Source: a virus
Length of the DNA stretch: 64,000 bases
Reading direction: 5' to 3' (one strand)
Virus record (IMG/VR): IMGVR_UViG_3300028844_007948
Coordinates: 1 to 64,000 of that record
The position numbers and the translations under genes are program-made. Under the pieces are notes generated by a model. That model was not told the origin of the DNA. It was given only the letters and a program-made list of their open reading frames with translations, and ran no database searches. Of the stretch, positions 55,609-64,000 are shown in pieces (position 1 is the first letter of the stretch; every line of letters starts with the position of its first letter).

Positions 55609-56579
55609 ATACTTTAAACAAAACAAGATTCTGGAATTTAGAAAAAGATTATTATGTAGACTCTGAAAATGTGGGGTCTGATTTTTATAATAATTACGAA
55701 AGTTTTATAAAAGGATCAAAAATAGATTCAAACCTTAAAAATTTTAAATACAATAACCCCTTTTCTTTTATTCCTTCTTATAATTCATCTGTATCTATAA
55801 CTTTTTTAAATAAAGTATCTTCCTATGGAGATAATTATATATCAATAGAACCACGGTCATTGAATAGAATAATTTTTGAAGCTAACTTAAGTTTTGATAA
55901 TAGAAATGACGATGAATCTTCTAATATAGTTGAATACATTAATTCCAAAAAAGGGGCTGATTATTTTCCGCTTCAAATGATAGATAGGAATGGATTAAGT
56001 AATGAAAATGCATATAAATCCCTATTTTCGATAAAACCTTATTTTGTGCAAGAATTTAGTTGCAATAAGATTACTTCCAGTTCAACCTACAAAGGAGATA
56101 ATAATATTCAATTAATTTTTCTGAATGATTTAATAACACAAACAACTGTTAGAAATATAATTTATGTAAATTCTATGCCTGAAGACAAAAAACAGATAGT
56201 AAATGAATATTGGCATAAAGAAAAACTAGATATAAGACCTTCTTACCCACTTTCAAGAGAAGAAGATTTTAAAGTCTCTAATGTTAATTTAGGAAGTTCA
56301 AAAACATACATAGAAAAAGATGGAGTTAACCCAAAATTAGCTACAATAAACTTAAATTTTAATGGCATAGACGACGATACTTTGTTAAAACTTTTAGCAT
56401 TTTTTCTATCAAAACAAGGGTATGAAAGTTTTGAATTTGAACTAGAAAAGCCAGAAAAGAAAGTTATAAATGTAACAGCTTCGAAAATACAGCATACTTT
56501 TCTTTACATGAACTCTCATAATGTAAGCATTAGTATTTCAGAAGTCCCCGTGAGGAGAAAATTTTTCTTCAAACCTTAG
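55605..56579 (+). CDS. Minor tail protein, lambda gpM-like (two domains)
   Basis: PSY...YGDNY...SLN...LSFDNR...KKG pattern occurs twice (second copy: PSYP...DGVN...LNFNG...KQGYESFEF). Confidence 0.6.
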   Translation: MNTLNKTRFWNLEKDYYVDSENVGSDFYNNYESFIKGSKIDSNLKNFKYNNPFSFIPSYNSSVSITFLNKVSSYGDNYISIEPRSLNRIIFEANLSFDNRNDDESSNIVEYINSKKGADYFPLQMIDRNGLSNENAYKSLFSIKPYFVQEFSCNKITSSSTYKGDNNIQLIFLNDLITQTTVRNIIYVNSMPEDKKQIVNEYWHKEKLDIRPSYPLSREEDFKVSNVNLGSSKTYIEKDGVNPKLATINLNFNGIDDDTLLKLLAFFLSKQGYESFEFELEKPEKKVINVTASKIQHTFLYMNSHNVSISISEVPVRRKFFFKP

Positions 56580-56612
56580 TCGAAAAAACTTGAATAAAAA
56601 ATATTATATATA

Positions 56613-57518
56613 ATGGCATTTCTAAAAAAAGAAGAGGTAAACGCGGAACTATTTAATCATAGCAAAAATTCCTGTATAGAATTTTTAGAAATATCAGAGA
56701 TTCCAAACTCCAGCGATGTTATAAGATTCCACGGGGGTTTAAATTCGATACATGAATCTGTTTACTTTGATAGTAAAGAATATTTTTACATACCATATGA
56801 GGGTAGTGATTTCGGGACCAGATCTGACGGAAGAGTTTCAAGGCCGACTATAAAGATCATAAACTTTAGCGGTTTTCTTTCTAAATTTATGATGGGCAAA
56901 GATGATCTACTAAAATCAAGGGTTAAGAGAATTAGAACTTTCTTTAGATTCCTGGATAAAGAAAACTTTTTAAATTATGATTCAGAGAAGCAATTCTGGG
57001 ACTCAATGGGAATAAACCCTGATCCAGAAGCTGTACTCAGGCCTGATATTTGGTATATAAATCAAAAAATAGAAGAAAATAAATTCTTTGTCGAGTTTGA
57101 GCTTTCTAATGCATTAGATTTAGAGGGGTCAACTCTACCAAGAAGACAAATAATAAACAATTATTGCTATTGGAAATACAGAGGGAAGGGATGCAGGTAT
57201 TCAGGGGGAGTCGTTGCAGATTCTAATAATGTTAAATTTGACAAAACGAGCTTAACACCAAAAGGTGAGTGGGCCGAAGGCATTGATTATGTTTTAGGAA
57301 ATGTAGTTTATTTATGGACTAGAGAGGGGCACGGGCAAAGAGCTTTAATGTATGTTTGCACTGAACCTCACACATCTTCAGATGAAACCAGACCTTCAAT
57401 AAATTCTAAAAATTGGGCAATGGATGCATGCTCGAAAACATTAAAAGGATGCAGAATGAGATTTGGTGAGAAATCCGTACTTCCTTATGGCGGATTCCCG
57501 TCAAGTAGACTTTACTAA
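56613..57518 (+). CDS. Minor tail protein L-like (Fe-S binding)
   Basis: SRPTIKI, VKRIRTF..FLD, VEFELS, LPRRQI..NYCYWKYRGKGC, DACSKTLKGCRMRF, YGGFPS. Confidence 0.92.
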   Translation: MAFLKKEEVNAELFNHSKNSCIEFLEISEIPNSSDVIRFHGGLNSIHESVYFDSKEYFYIPYEGSDFGTRSDGRVSRPTIKIINFSGFLSKFMMGKDDLLKSRVKRIRTFFRFLDKENFLNYDSEKQFWDSMGINPDPEAVLRPDIWYINQKIEENKFFVEFELSNALDLEGSTLPRRQIINNYCYWKYRGKGCRYSGGVVADSNNVKFDKTSLTPKGEWAEGIDYVLGNVVYLWTREGHGQRALMYVCTEPHTSSDETRPSINSKNWAMDACSKTLKGCRMRFGEKSVLPYGGFPSSRLY

Positions 57519-57520
57519 AA

Positions 57521-57901
57521 ATGCAAGAAGAAATTTTAAATAATATAAAAAAAATATCGGAAGCTAATCCTGAAGAGGAAGTGTGCGGCTTCTGGGTCTC
57601 TTGCAAGAAGCAACCAATAATTCAATGCAAAAATGTAGCACTAGATCGGGAAAACAACTTTGAAATATCTGCGGAAGAATATATAAACACATTTAATACA
57701 AAAAATATAATTCTACTATTTCATTCTCACCCAAAAGACACCGAAAGATTTTCAAAAGAAGATTTGTATATAAGTCAGCAATTAGAGATGCCAATATTAG
57801 TATACAGTAATGCAACAAAAAAATTTAATTTTTATAAGCCAGATTCAATAAAAAAAAATAAAACACTAAATACTATAGAAAAAAGTGTAGTTACATACTA
57901 A
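57521..57901 (+). CDS. JAB/MPN (Mov34) metalloprotease, gpK-like, without the NlpC/P60 domain
   Basis: EEVCG, CKN, FHSHP.....FSKED. Confidence 0.88.
   Translation: MQEEILNNIKKISEANPEEEVCGFWVSCKKQPIIQCKNVALDRENNFEISAEEYINTFNTKNIILLFHSHPKDTERFSKEDLYISQQLEMPILVYSNATKKFNFYKPDSIKKNKTLNTIEKSVVTY
57885..57889 (+). promoter_or_regulatory. GTGTA putative late-promoter element
   Basis: Upstream of TAAGGAAAAGGAA and the ATG at 57912. Confidence 0.55.
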
Positions 57902-57911
57902 GGAAAAGGAA

Positions 57912-58625
57912 ATGAAAATTATTCTGCACGGACATATAGGAACAAAATTTGGCAAAGAATGGGATTTAAGTGTAAAGTCTCCAAATGAAGGTCTCAGGGC
58001 TATAGATGCTAATACGGGTGGATTCTTTTCTTATTTGGGGAGTAAAGAGAATGAAAATTTATATTTTAGGATATACAGGGATAAGAATTCTATAGGAAAT
58101 CATGAAGAACTCGGACTTGAGTCGAGCAATACAAATACTGTACATTTTTTTCCTATAATTAAAGGGTCCTCCGAAAGGTCAAGAGAGGCCAATAGAATGA
58201 TGGGATATGGAGCACTTGGCCTGGGTGTATCTTGGGGTCTGGATTACTTAGGAGCACAAATAGGCGGAACATTTGGTGCAATTCTGGGTTGGGTTGCTGA
58301 TATAGGTTATGAAATAAGTGCCTCCATGATGATACAAGGAGCAATGATGCATTTAACAAAAGATCCTCCCGACCCTCCTAATCATGAAGATGCTCAAATA
58401 GCATCAAAATCAACTACATCTTATACTTTTTCTAGACCTCTAAATAATACTACCCAGGGTGCTGTTGTTCCAGTTGGTTATGGGAGATTAAGAATAGGTA
58501 GTCATGTAATATCTTCTCATTTGATGAACAGTAGACTAGCAGCATTTAATCAAGTAAGAAATTCGACAGAAGATGATAATGGAAATTTAGTAGGAGCTGT
58601 CAATGTTGATCACTATACACTATAA
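57912..58625 (+). CDS. Tail assembly protein, lambda gpI-like (N-terminal ubiquitin-like domain)
   Basis: IILHGHIG..FG..W.L.VKSPNEGLRAI, PIIKGS, SYTFS..LNNTTQGAVVPVGYGRLRIGSHVIS. Confidence 0.9.
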   Translation: MKIILHGHIGTKFGKEWDLSVKSPNEGLRAIDANTGGFFSYLGSKENENLYFRIYRDKNSIGNHEELGLESSNTNTVHFFPIIKGSSERSREANRMMGYGALGLGVSWGLDYLGAQIGGTFGAILGWVADIGYEISASMMIQGAMMHLTKDPPDPPNHEDAQIASKSTTSYTFSRPLNNTTQGAVVPVGYGRLRIGSHVISSHLMNSRLAAFNQVRNSTEDDNGNLVGAVNVDHYTL

Positions 58626-58628
58626 GTC

Positions 58629-61600
58629 ATGCCTTTTAACTTATACTGTAATGCTTCTGATACTACCCCAAGATTATTTAGGAGGGAAATAAGGGGAAGT
58701 TTTCAACCATCCGAAGAAGATAAAGAAAAATTACAATCAACAGCATTTATAAAGGCAATGGACCTTTTGTGTGAAGGTCCGATAGAAGGAATAGTAGATG
58801 CAACTGGAAAATTGGCAAAGGGGTCTGATATATTCAAGGGTATATATTTAAACGAAGTCCCTGTACAATTAACAAAAAAAGGCGCTCCGCTTTATAATTT
58901 TAGAAATGTTTCAATAGCTTACAAAAAAGGAACTGAGAGTCAAACCCCTTTTTATACAGAACAAGATGACGATTTTTATTGGTTAAAAGATTTTTCTTAT
59001 ACATCAAAAACCGTACCCGTCGGAGTAAGCTTAGATAACCAAACAATATTAGAGGCAACATCTCAAGCAAAAAAATTAAATGCACAAGCTTCTTATTCTA
59101 TAGTAGATCAAGATGTTGACTATGTAGGTTTAACAATTGGCATAAGCGAATGTTACACAATAGATGAGGACGGACAACATCAAATAAATGAAGGCGGATT
59201 CCAGATATATGGAGACATAACTGGTGTTGTTCACAGAAGCCTTGGAGAAGAGGAAGTGGCAAGAATAGTAGATGATGGAGTTGATGAACAAAATGTAGTC
59301 GTGCATGTAAAAGGGCTATCTTTAAATGCTTACAAAGAAGATATATTTTTTAAACTAAAAGACTCTAAAGATATTGGATCTAGTAGGCCTAGACACATAC
59401 ATATCAAAAACACAACAACTCAATCTTTAAATTTTAGAAATAAATTTTCTGCATCTCTTGATACTGTTACTGAAATAGTAGATGTAAATTTAAGTAATCC
59501 AAATTCAGCAGTTGTAGCCGCAGTCGTAAGTGCAGAGAATTTTTCTGGGCCACCAACGAGATCATACGATGTAAAGTTAAAAAAAGTAAAAGTTCCTAAA
59601 AATTATGTAGACAAACTTGAAGGTCCAGATGGACCAACAAAAATTAGAGCTTATGGCTCTGAATATGGCGCAGCTGGATCAGAAGCTGATAGTGAAAATA
59701 GGCATGAGGGTATTTGGGACGGAACATTTAAAGAAGAATTAGAATGGACCGATAATCCTGCATGGGTACTTTACGATTTAATAACAAACGATAGGTATGG
59801 ATTAGGCGACTACATAAGAGAAGAAGATGTAGATAAATGGGAATTGTATAAGATAGCAAAATATTGTGACGACCTTGTTCCTACATCAAGGCCAGCTAAA
59901 GGCGATGGGTTTATTCAGGAAAGAAGGTTTACATGTAATCTTCTTCTAACCAATGCATCCGATGCATATCAAACTCTAAATGAAATATGCTCTATATTCA
60001 GGGGAATAGCATACTTTAACAATTTAGAGATTTTTGTAGCTATGAATTCCCTAAAGGTGCCTATGGCAACCTTTACCAATGATAATGTAGCAGATGGAAT
60101 ATTTAGATATGGAGGAGCTCCAGAGCATACAAAGTTTACAGCGGTAAAGGTCGCTTATAAAGATAAGACTGATTCATTTTTACCAAAATATGCATACATA
60201 GAAGATGCAGAGGGAATAATAAGATATGGTTTAAGATTAAAATCTTTAGCTGCGGCGGGCTGCACTTCAAGAGACCAAGCTCTAAGAATGGGAAGGTGGA
60301 CATTGCTAACATCTAATTTAGAGGAAGAGACGGTAAGTTTTGCTACAGATAGGCAGGCTGAATACATACAACCTGGACAGGTCTTCACTGTATATGATGA
60401 ATTAAGGCAATCTTTTAGAATAGGCGGAAGGGTAAAAGCTATACAAAGATCAACCGATTCTGTGGAAGGGAATTTTCTTCTGTTAGACCAGCAAATTGAT
60501 ACAGATAAATATGACATGACGTCAATATCTTTTCTTATTCCAAGCAAAGATTATCAGGGAGATGGAAACACCCATCAATTTAAAGAATTTATACATAGGA
60601 ATGGTTATAATATTGGAGCTCAAGACAATGGAGAAAGAAATTTTGAAGTTATACCCCTTCATTCAGAATCCTCAAATAACACTTCTTTACATAATTATAT
60701 AGAAAACACCCCTTCTGGGGCAAAAATCTTAACTGATGAAAATCAGGACTTGTTATTAAAAAGGACAGTATCTGGATCTCATATAAGCAATGAAGCTAGA
60801 TATAAAACTTTTAATGATTACTTACTATCTAGCGATGTTCTTAAGGATCTAAGGAATGGAGAAGATAGAGCTGAAATAACAGATAAGATAAGAGAAGGAG
60901 CTTTATATTTAATACATGGAGTGTCTAAAGACGGAACCGTTTCAGATTTTAAAGGGAAGAATTATCAGTTAATATCCAAACAAGAAAATTCAGATGGAAC
61001 ATTTGCAATTTCAGCATTAGAGTATGATTCTGGAAAATTTGATAAGACAGATGCATTATCAACAATATACACAGAGACAACATATAATTATGACCCTTCA
61101 GAAGGAGGAGATAGCGGGGGTCCAGGCGAAGATGAAGAACCCCCAGAGCAACCTCCCGTGCCTCCACCAACGGAGCCGCCAGTAGTAAACCTTGGATATC
61201 CAAAAATAAATACGGTAGATTTAATAGTTCAAAGTAGTGGGGTTATAAACTCCCAAGGAGAAACAAAGTCAAGAGTATCTTATTATTTTCATAACACACA
61301 AGAGAACAAACCTTACTATAGAAATAATTTATCTGCAGGGTACTATGGTTTTAGAGTTTCTATGATATCTGATAAATATTATGGAAGACTACTCACAGCT
61401 AGAGATAATGGAGAAAAGGTTCTGCAACATGGCCAATATATAGTGTCTGGAGAACAAGACTGCGGTGACTATAGAGTTCTATACGATAACACACAAACAG
61501 CATCGGAATACTACCTTACTCCGAGCGGAAAAGCTGTTCTTGGAGGTCAAGATAATAATTCTGTAGCTATAGCAGAATTTAAATCATCTGAATTTAATCC

Positions 61601-64000
61601 ATTTTTAACTGTTGAAAGACCTAGAGCTGTATATGAATTTGCAGACTTAAAAGCAGAAGGTTGTAACGTTTTTCAAGAAGAATACGAAGACAAAATACTT
61701 ACCGATGTTCTTTCTGGGGAATTTGACCTTCCCGACCCAGAAGCTTATTATGAATTAAGATGGTTTGAGGGAAATTCATTCGGAAAAAGCCCTGAGAAAG
61801 TAATGATATTTAAGGGGGTTAAAGATGTTACACCTCCCGCTGTTCCCACCAACTTCAACGTTTCAATAAATCAACTTTTCCCCAATCAGTTGAATTTTGA
61901 ATGGGATCACCAAGAAGGCAAAGACAGCGATTTAATAGGATTTAGGATATATACTGGGCACGAAGGGGGTGAAGACCCAAATATAAAATTCAGTAAATAC
62001 TCCGATGATATAAATCCAAGAAACTCTTTCCATACTCCCAAACAAGGGTCATCTTTCGCTGAAGTAGTAGGAAAAAATGCAAGATATTTCACTTATGAGG
62101 CTGATACTTCTGACGGAACTCTAAGAAACAATAAAGGGGAGCCTATAGGATTTGGAGATAAAGCAGCTTTTCACATAAGAGCTTTTGACTATTCTGAAAA
62201 TTTAAGCGATGGAGCGAATAGTAATACACTTTCCTTAACTAATGTATCAGCAGCGCCAGATATTTATTTATCTGGAGAAATAGTAGAGGAAGCCGTAGGG
62301 ACAGACAGTTATAGATGGAGCCCAATACTGCATGTTTTTTATTCTGGATCCTATCACACTTTTAAGTCATTCAAAAATTATCATTTAAAAATAAATGACG
62401 AAACATACGGGTTTGGATCTCCTAATTCTTATGTAATACCATTACAGGATGTCAAGCCAGCCCCTGAAAGCTTTGGAGTTCAAGGCTCTGGCTATTACGA
62501 AATAAGATCAGTTCTTCCTGGTGCCACTTATTACGGAGAAATATATGCCGTAATGAATGACGGAAGAGAATCAAGAGAAGGTAATCATACTGCAACTATA
62601 CCACAGGATACATTCCCCCCAGCAAAACTAAACGACTTTAGGGTTTCAAAACAGTTTTCAAATTTTAGATTTTCATGGGATGAACCTGAAGAAAGAGATG
62701 TTGCCAAAATTCTTTTATATACAGGAAGTGGGCATTCTAATTGGGGAGTGCAGTTAAATAAAGAAAGCGAGACAAGTAACTTAACTAACCCTGAGTTCAA
62801 ACCTCAAACAGAACACTTCTTAGTTTCAGATCCTACAGATTTCCCAGCAGCACCGATAGACAAATTCAGAGAAATAGGATCAGAGTCTTGGGAGAAAACC
62901 AAATTCCCATTTCACGCGGTTCCAGTTGACACATCTAACAATACAGGTATGTATAGCAATTATACATATAGATATGTAAATCTAGCTGGACCCGAAGTTC
63001 ATACAAGTGGAGAGGCTCACCCAGACGGTCGTTCATTAATTCATGTTTTTTACTCTGGAATAGGTCAAAATGATGAATCATTTAAATATTACGAAACAGA
63101 GTATCAAGATGTAACATCCAACGACTCTTTCTTAATAAACTCTTATTCTGATTCAAAAAAATCTAGCCTAGATCATTCTTTGATCGGAAAAGGTTCGGGG
63201 CATTTTAGCTTTGAGGCTTTAGGCACTCATTTATATGAAGTAAGAACTAGAGTTATATTCGACTCTTTTGAATCAAATTTTTCTGATGATGTTAGATTAA
63301 GCAATTATGAATATGGAATAACCTCTGATTTTATATATGCTCCGCCAGATAGAATACCTCCTGGAAGACCAGAATGGATAGCGGCTCAAAAAAATGGACC
63401 TAATGTATTTTTATCTTGGGATAATCCGCCAGACAGAGATTTAAAATCAATACTTCTTTATACTGGATATCAAAACTTTACAGGCGAAAAAGATGGAACA
63501 TATTTACATCAGAATACATTGACTAATGTCGATTTAATAGCTTTAAAAAACTTTAGAAAAAATTCAGAAAATGATTTATATTTTTGGTTAAGAGCTGTAG
63601 ACACCTCAAATAATACTGGAGAATGGAGCATAGGGAACACAGCCATAGGAAATCCAGATCAAATAGATCCTTTTGGAAAACCTTATAATAGTGGGCAAAG
63701 AATTGGAATCGGTTTACCAGAACCTCTTCATAGAGAGCATATAATAGCTACTACAGGAATAGAAACAGATGAAAAGGGAGATGGTACATCAAAACCTTTT
63801 ATATCTTATATGATAACTGGTCATCTTGATTACCAAAGAGCTTATTATAAAGTAGACCTATCAAGAAAAAATAATTATTCAATACTAAAAGGAACACAGA
63901 ATATTGATATAGAACACGGCCCAAGAACTAATACAATGACGGGCAGTGGAATATTTACAGATTTAATAGCTAACGAAGACTATTATTTAAGAGCTAGATT
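58629..64000 (+). CDS. Host-specificity / central tail fibre protein, lambda gpJ-like, 3'-truncated (not in ORF track)
   Basis: ATG at 58629; DLLCEGPIEG, IYLNEVPV, WDGTFK..WTDNPAWVLYDL...RYGLG, KYCD.LV, RFTCN, GCTSRDQA, then FN3-like repeats (DVTPPAVP, DTFPPAK, DRIPPGRP); appears to run off the window end. Confidence 0.9.
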   Translation, partial: MPFNLYCNASDTTPRLFRREIRGSFQPSEEDKEKLQSTAFIKAMDLLCEGPIEGIVDATGKLAKGSDIFKGIYLNEVPVQLTKKGAPLYNFRNVSIAYKKGTESQTPFYTEQDDDFYWLKDFSYTSKTVPVGVSLDNQTILEATSQAKKLNAQASYSIVDQDVDYVGLTIGISECYTIDEDGQHQINEGGFQIYGDITGVVHRSLGEEEVARIVDDGVDEQNVVVHVKGLSLNAYKEDIFFKLKDSKDIGSSRPRHIHIKNTTTQSLNFRNKFSASLDTVTEIVDVNLSNPNSAVVAAVVSAENFSGPPTRSYDVKLKKVKVPKNYVDKLEGPDGPTKIRAYGSEYGAAGSEADSENRHEGIWDGTFKEELEWTDNPAWVLYDLITNDRYGLGDYIREEDVDKWELYKIAKYCDDLVPTSRPAKGDGFIQERRFTCNLLLTNASDAYQTLNEICSIFRGIAYFNNLEIFVAMNSLKVPMATFTNDNVADGIFRYGGAPEHTKFTAVKVAYKDKTDSFLPKYAYIEDAEGIIRYGLRLKSLAAAGCTSRDQALRMGRWTLLTSNLEEETVSFATDRQAEYIQPGQVFTVYDELRQSFRIGGRVKAIQRSTDSVEGNFLLLDQQIDTDKYDMTSISFLIPSKDYQGDGNTHQFKEFIHRNGYNIGAQDNGERNFEVIPLHSESSNNTSLHNYIENTPSGAKILTDENQDLLLKRTVSGSHISNEARYKTFNDYLLSSDVLKDLRNGEDRAEITDKIREGALYLIHGVSKDGTVSDFKGKNYQLISKQENSDGTFAISALEYDSGKFDKTDALSTIYTETTYNYDPSEGGDSGGPGEDEEPPEQPPVPPPTEPPVVNLGYPKINTVDLIVQSSGVINSQGETKSRVSYYFHNTQENKPYYRNNLSAGYYGFRVSMISDKYYGRLLTARDNGEKVLQHGQYIVSGEQDCGDYRVLYDNTQTASEYYLTPSGKAVLGGQDNNSVAIAEFKSSEFNPFLTVERPRAVYEFADLKAEGCNVFQEEYEDKILTDVLSGEFDLPDPEAYYELRWFEGNSFGKSPEKVMIFKGVKDVTPPAVPTNFNVSINQLFPNQLNFEWDHQEGKDSDLIGFRIYTGHEGGEDPNIKFSKYSDDINPRNSFHTPKQGSSFAEVVGKNARYFTYEADTSDGTLRNNKGEPIGFGDKAAFHIRAFDYSENLSDGANSNTLSLTNVSAAPDIYLSGEIVEEAVGTDSYRWSPILHVFYSGSYHTFKSFKNYHLKINDETYGFGSPNSYVIPLQDVKPAPESFGVQGSGYYEIRSVLPGATYYGEIYAVMNDGRESREGNHTATIPQDTFPPAKLNDFRVSKQFSNFRFSWDEPEERDVAKILLYTGSGHSNWGVQLNKESETSNLTNPEFKPQTEHFLVSDPTDFPAAPIDKFREIGSESWEKTKFPFHAVPVDTSNNTGMYSNYTYRYVNLAGPEVHTSGEAHPDGRSLIHVFYSGIGQNDESFKYYETEYQDVTSNDSFLINSYSDSKKSSLDHSLIGKGSGHFSFEALGTHLYEVRTRVIFDSFESNFSDDVRLSNYEYGITSDFIYAPPDRIPPGRPEWIAAQKNGPNVFLSWDNPPDRDLKSILLYTGYQNFTGEKDGTYLHQNTLTNVDLIALKNFRKNSENDLYFWLRAVDTSNNTGEWSIGNTAIGNPDQIDPFGKPYNSGQRIGIGLPEPLHREHIIATTGIETDEKGDGTSKPFISYMITGHLDYQRAYYKVDLSRKNNYSILKGTQNIDIEHGPRTNTMTGSGIFTDLIANEDYYLRAR

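Noticed and set aside
1316-62800. Numerous short opposite-strand or alternate-frame ORFs in the track (e.g. 1389-1832, 6496-6954, 20900-21382, 28604-29026, 38525-39004, 47880-48227, 60155-60547)
   Set aside because: They lie within well-supported genes, have the Leu/Ser/Phe-rich composition of antisense shadows, and show no motifs.
1-64000. tRNA/rRNA genes, CRISPR arrays, integrase or transposase, alternative genetic code
   Set aside because: None recognised by eye; intergenic gaps are small and long ORFs are intact under the standard code.

Overview
AT-rich 64-kb segment of a large, long-tailed (siphovirus-like, lambda-type tail tip) dsDNA bacteriophage; all annotation is by eye, with no database searches. 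Layout: (i) 1-2021, end of an early-type region (DUF932 protein, tiny membrane peptides, sigma70 promoter, strong terminators, skewed k-mer use), followed by a GC-run junction; (ii) 2260-9241 and 18216-22334, a large set of glycan-active genes (four sulfotransferases, two GT61-like, one GT11-like, a GT plus double-sulfotransferase fusion and others); (iii) 9238-17707, a minus-strand block with large terminase, AdoMetDC-like protein, ERCC4 nuclease, thermonuclease, a phage sigma factor, a membrane-anchored subtilase, PhoH and a J-domain protein; (iv) 22382-30670, two BspA/DUF285-like proteins flanking a trypsin-like protease, plus an esterase; (v) 30725-64000, the morphogenesis module (portal, protease/scaffold, decoration protein, major capsid, neck, tail tube, 3576-aa tape measure, M/L/K/I/J-like tail tip). 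The most striking signal is an array of unrelated domains inside the tape measure protein, including a GNAT acetyltransferase and an SH3/WYL-like barrel, each bounded by a repeated xxxG[LM]IPN[YF] motif. This suggests a cleavable polyprotein that delivers effectors on injection. Also notable: a GTGTA late-promoter regulon probably read by the phage sigma factor, an internal promoter that would give a nested scaffold protein, and a possible sulfated-glycan pathway.
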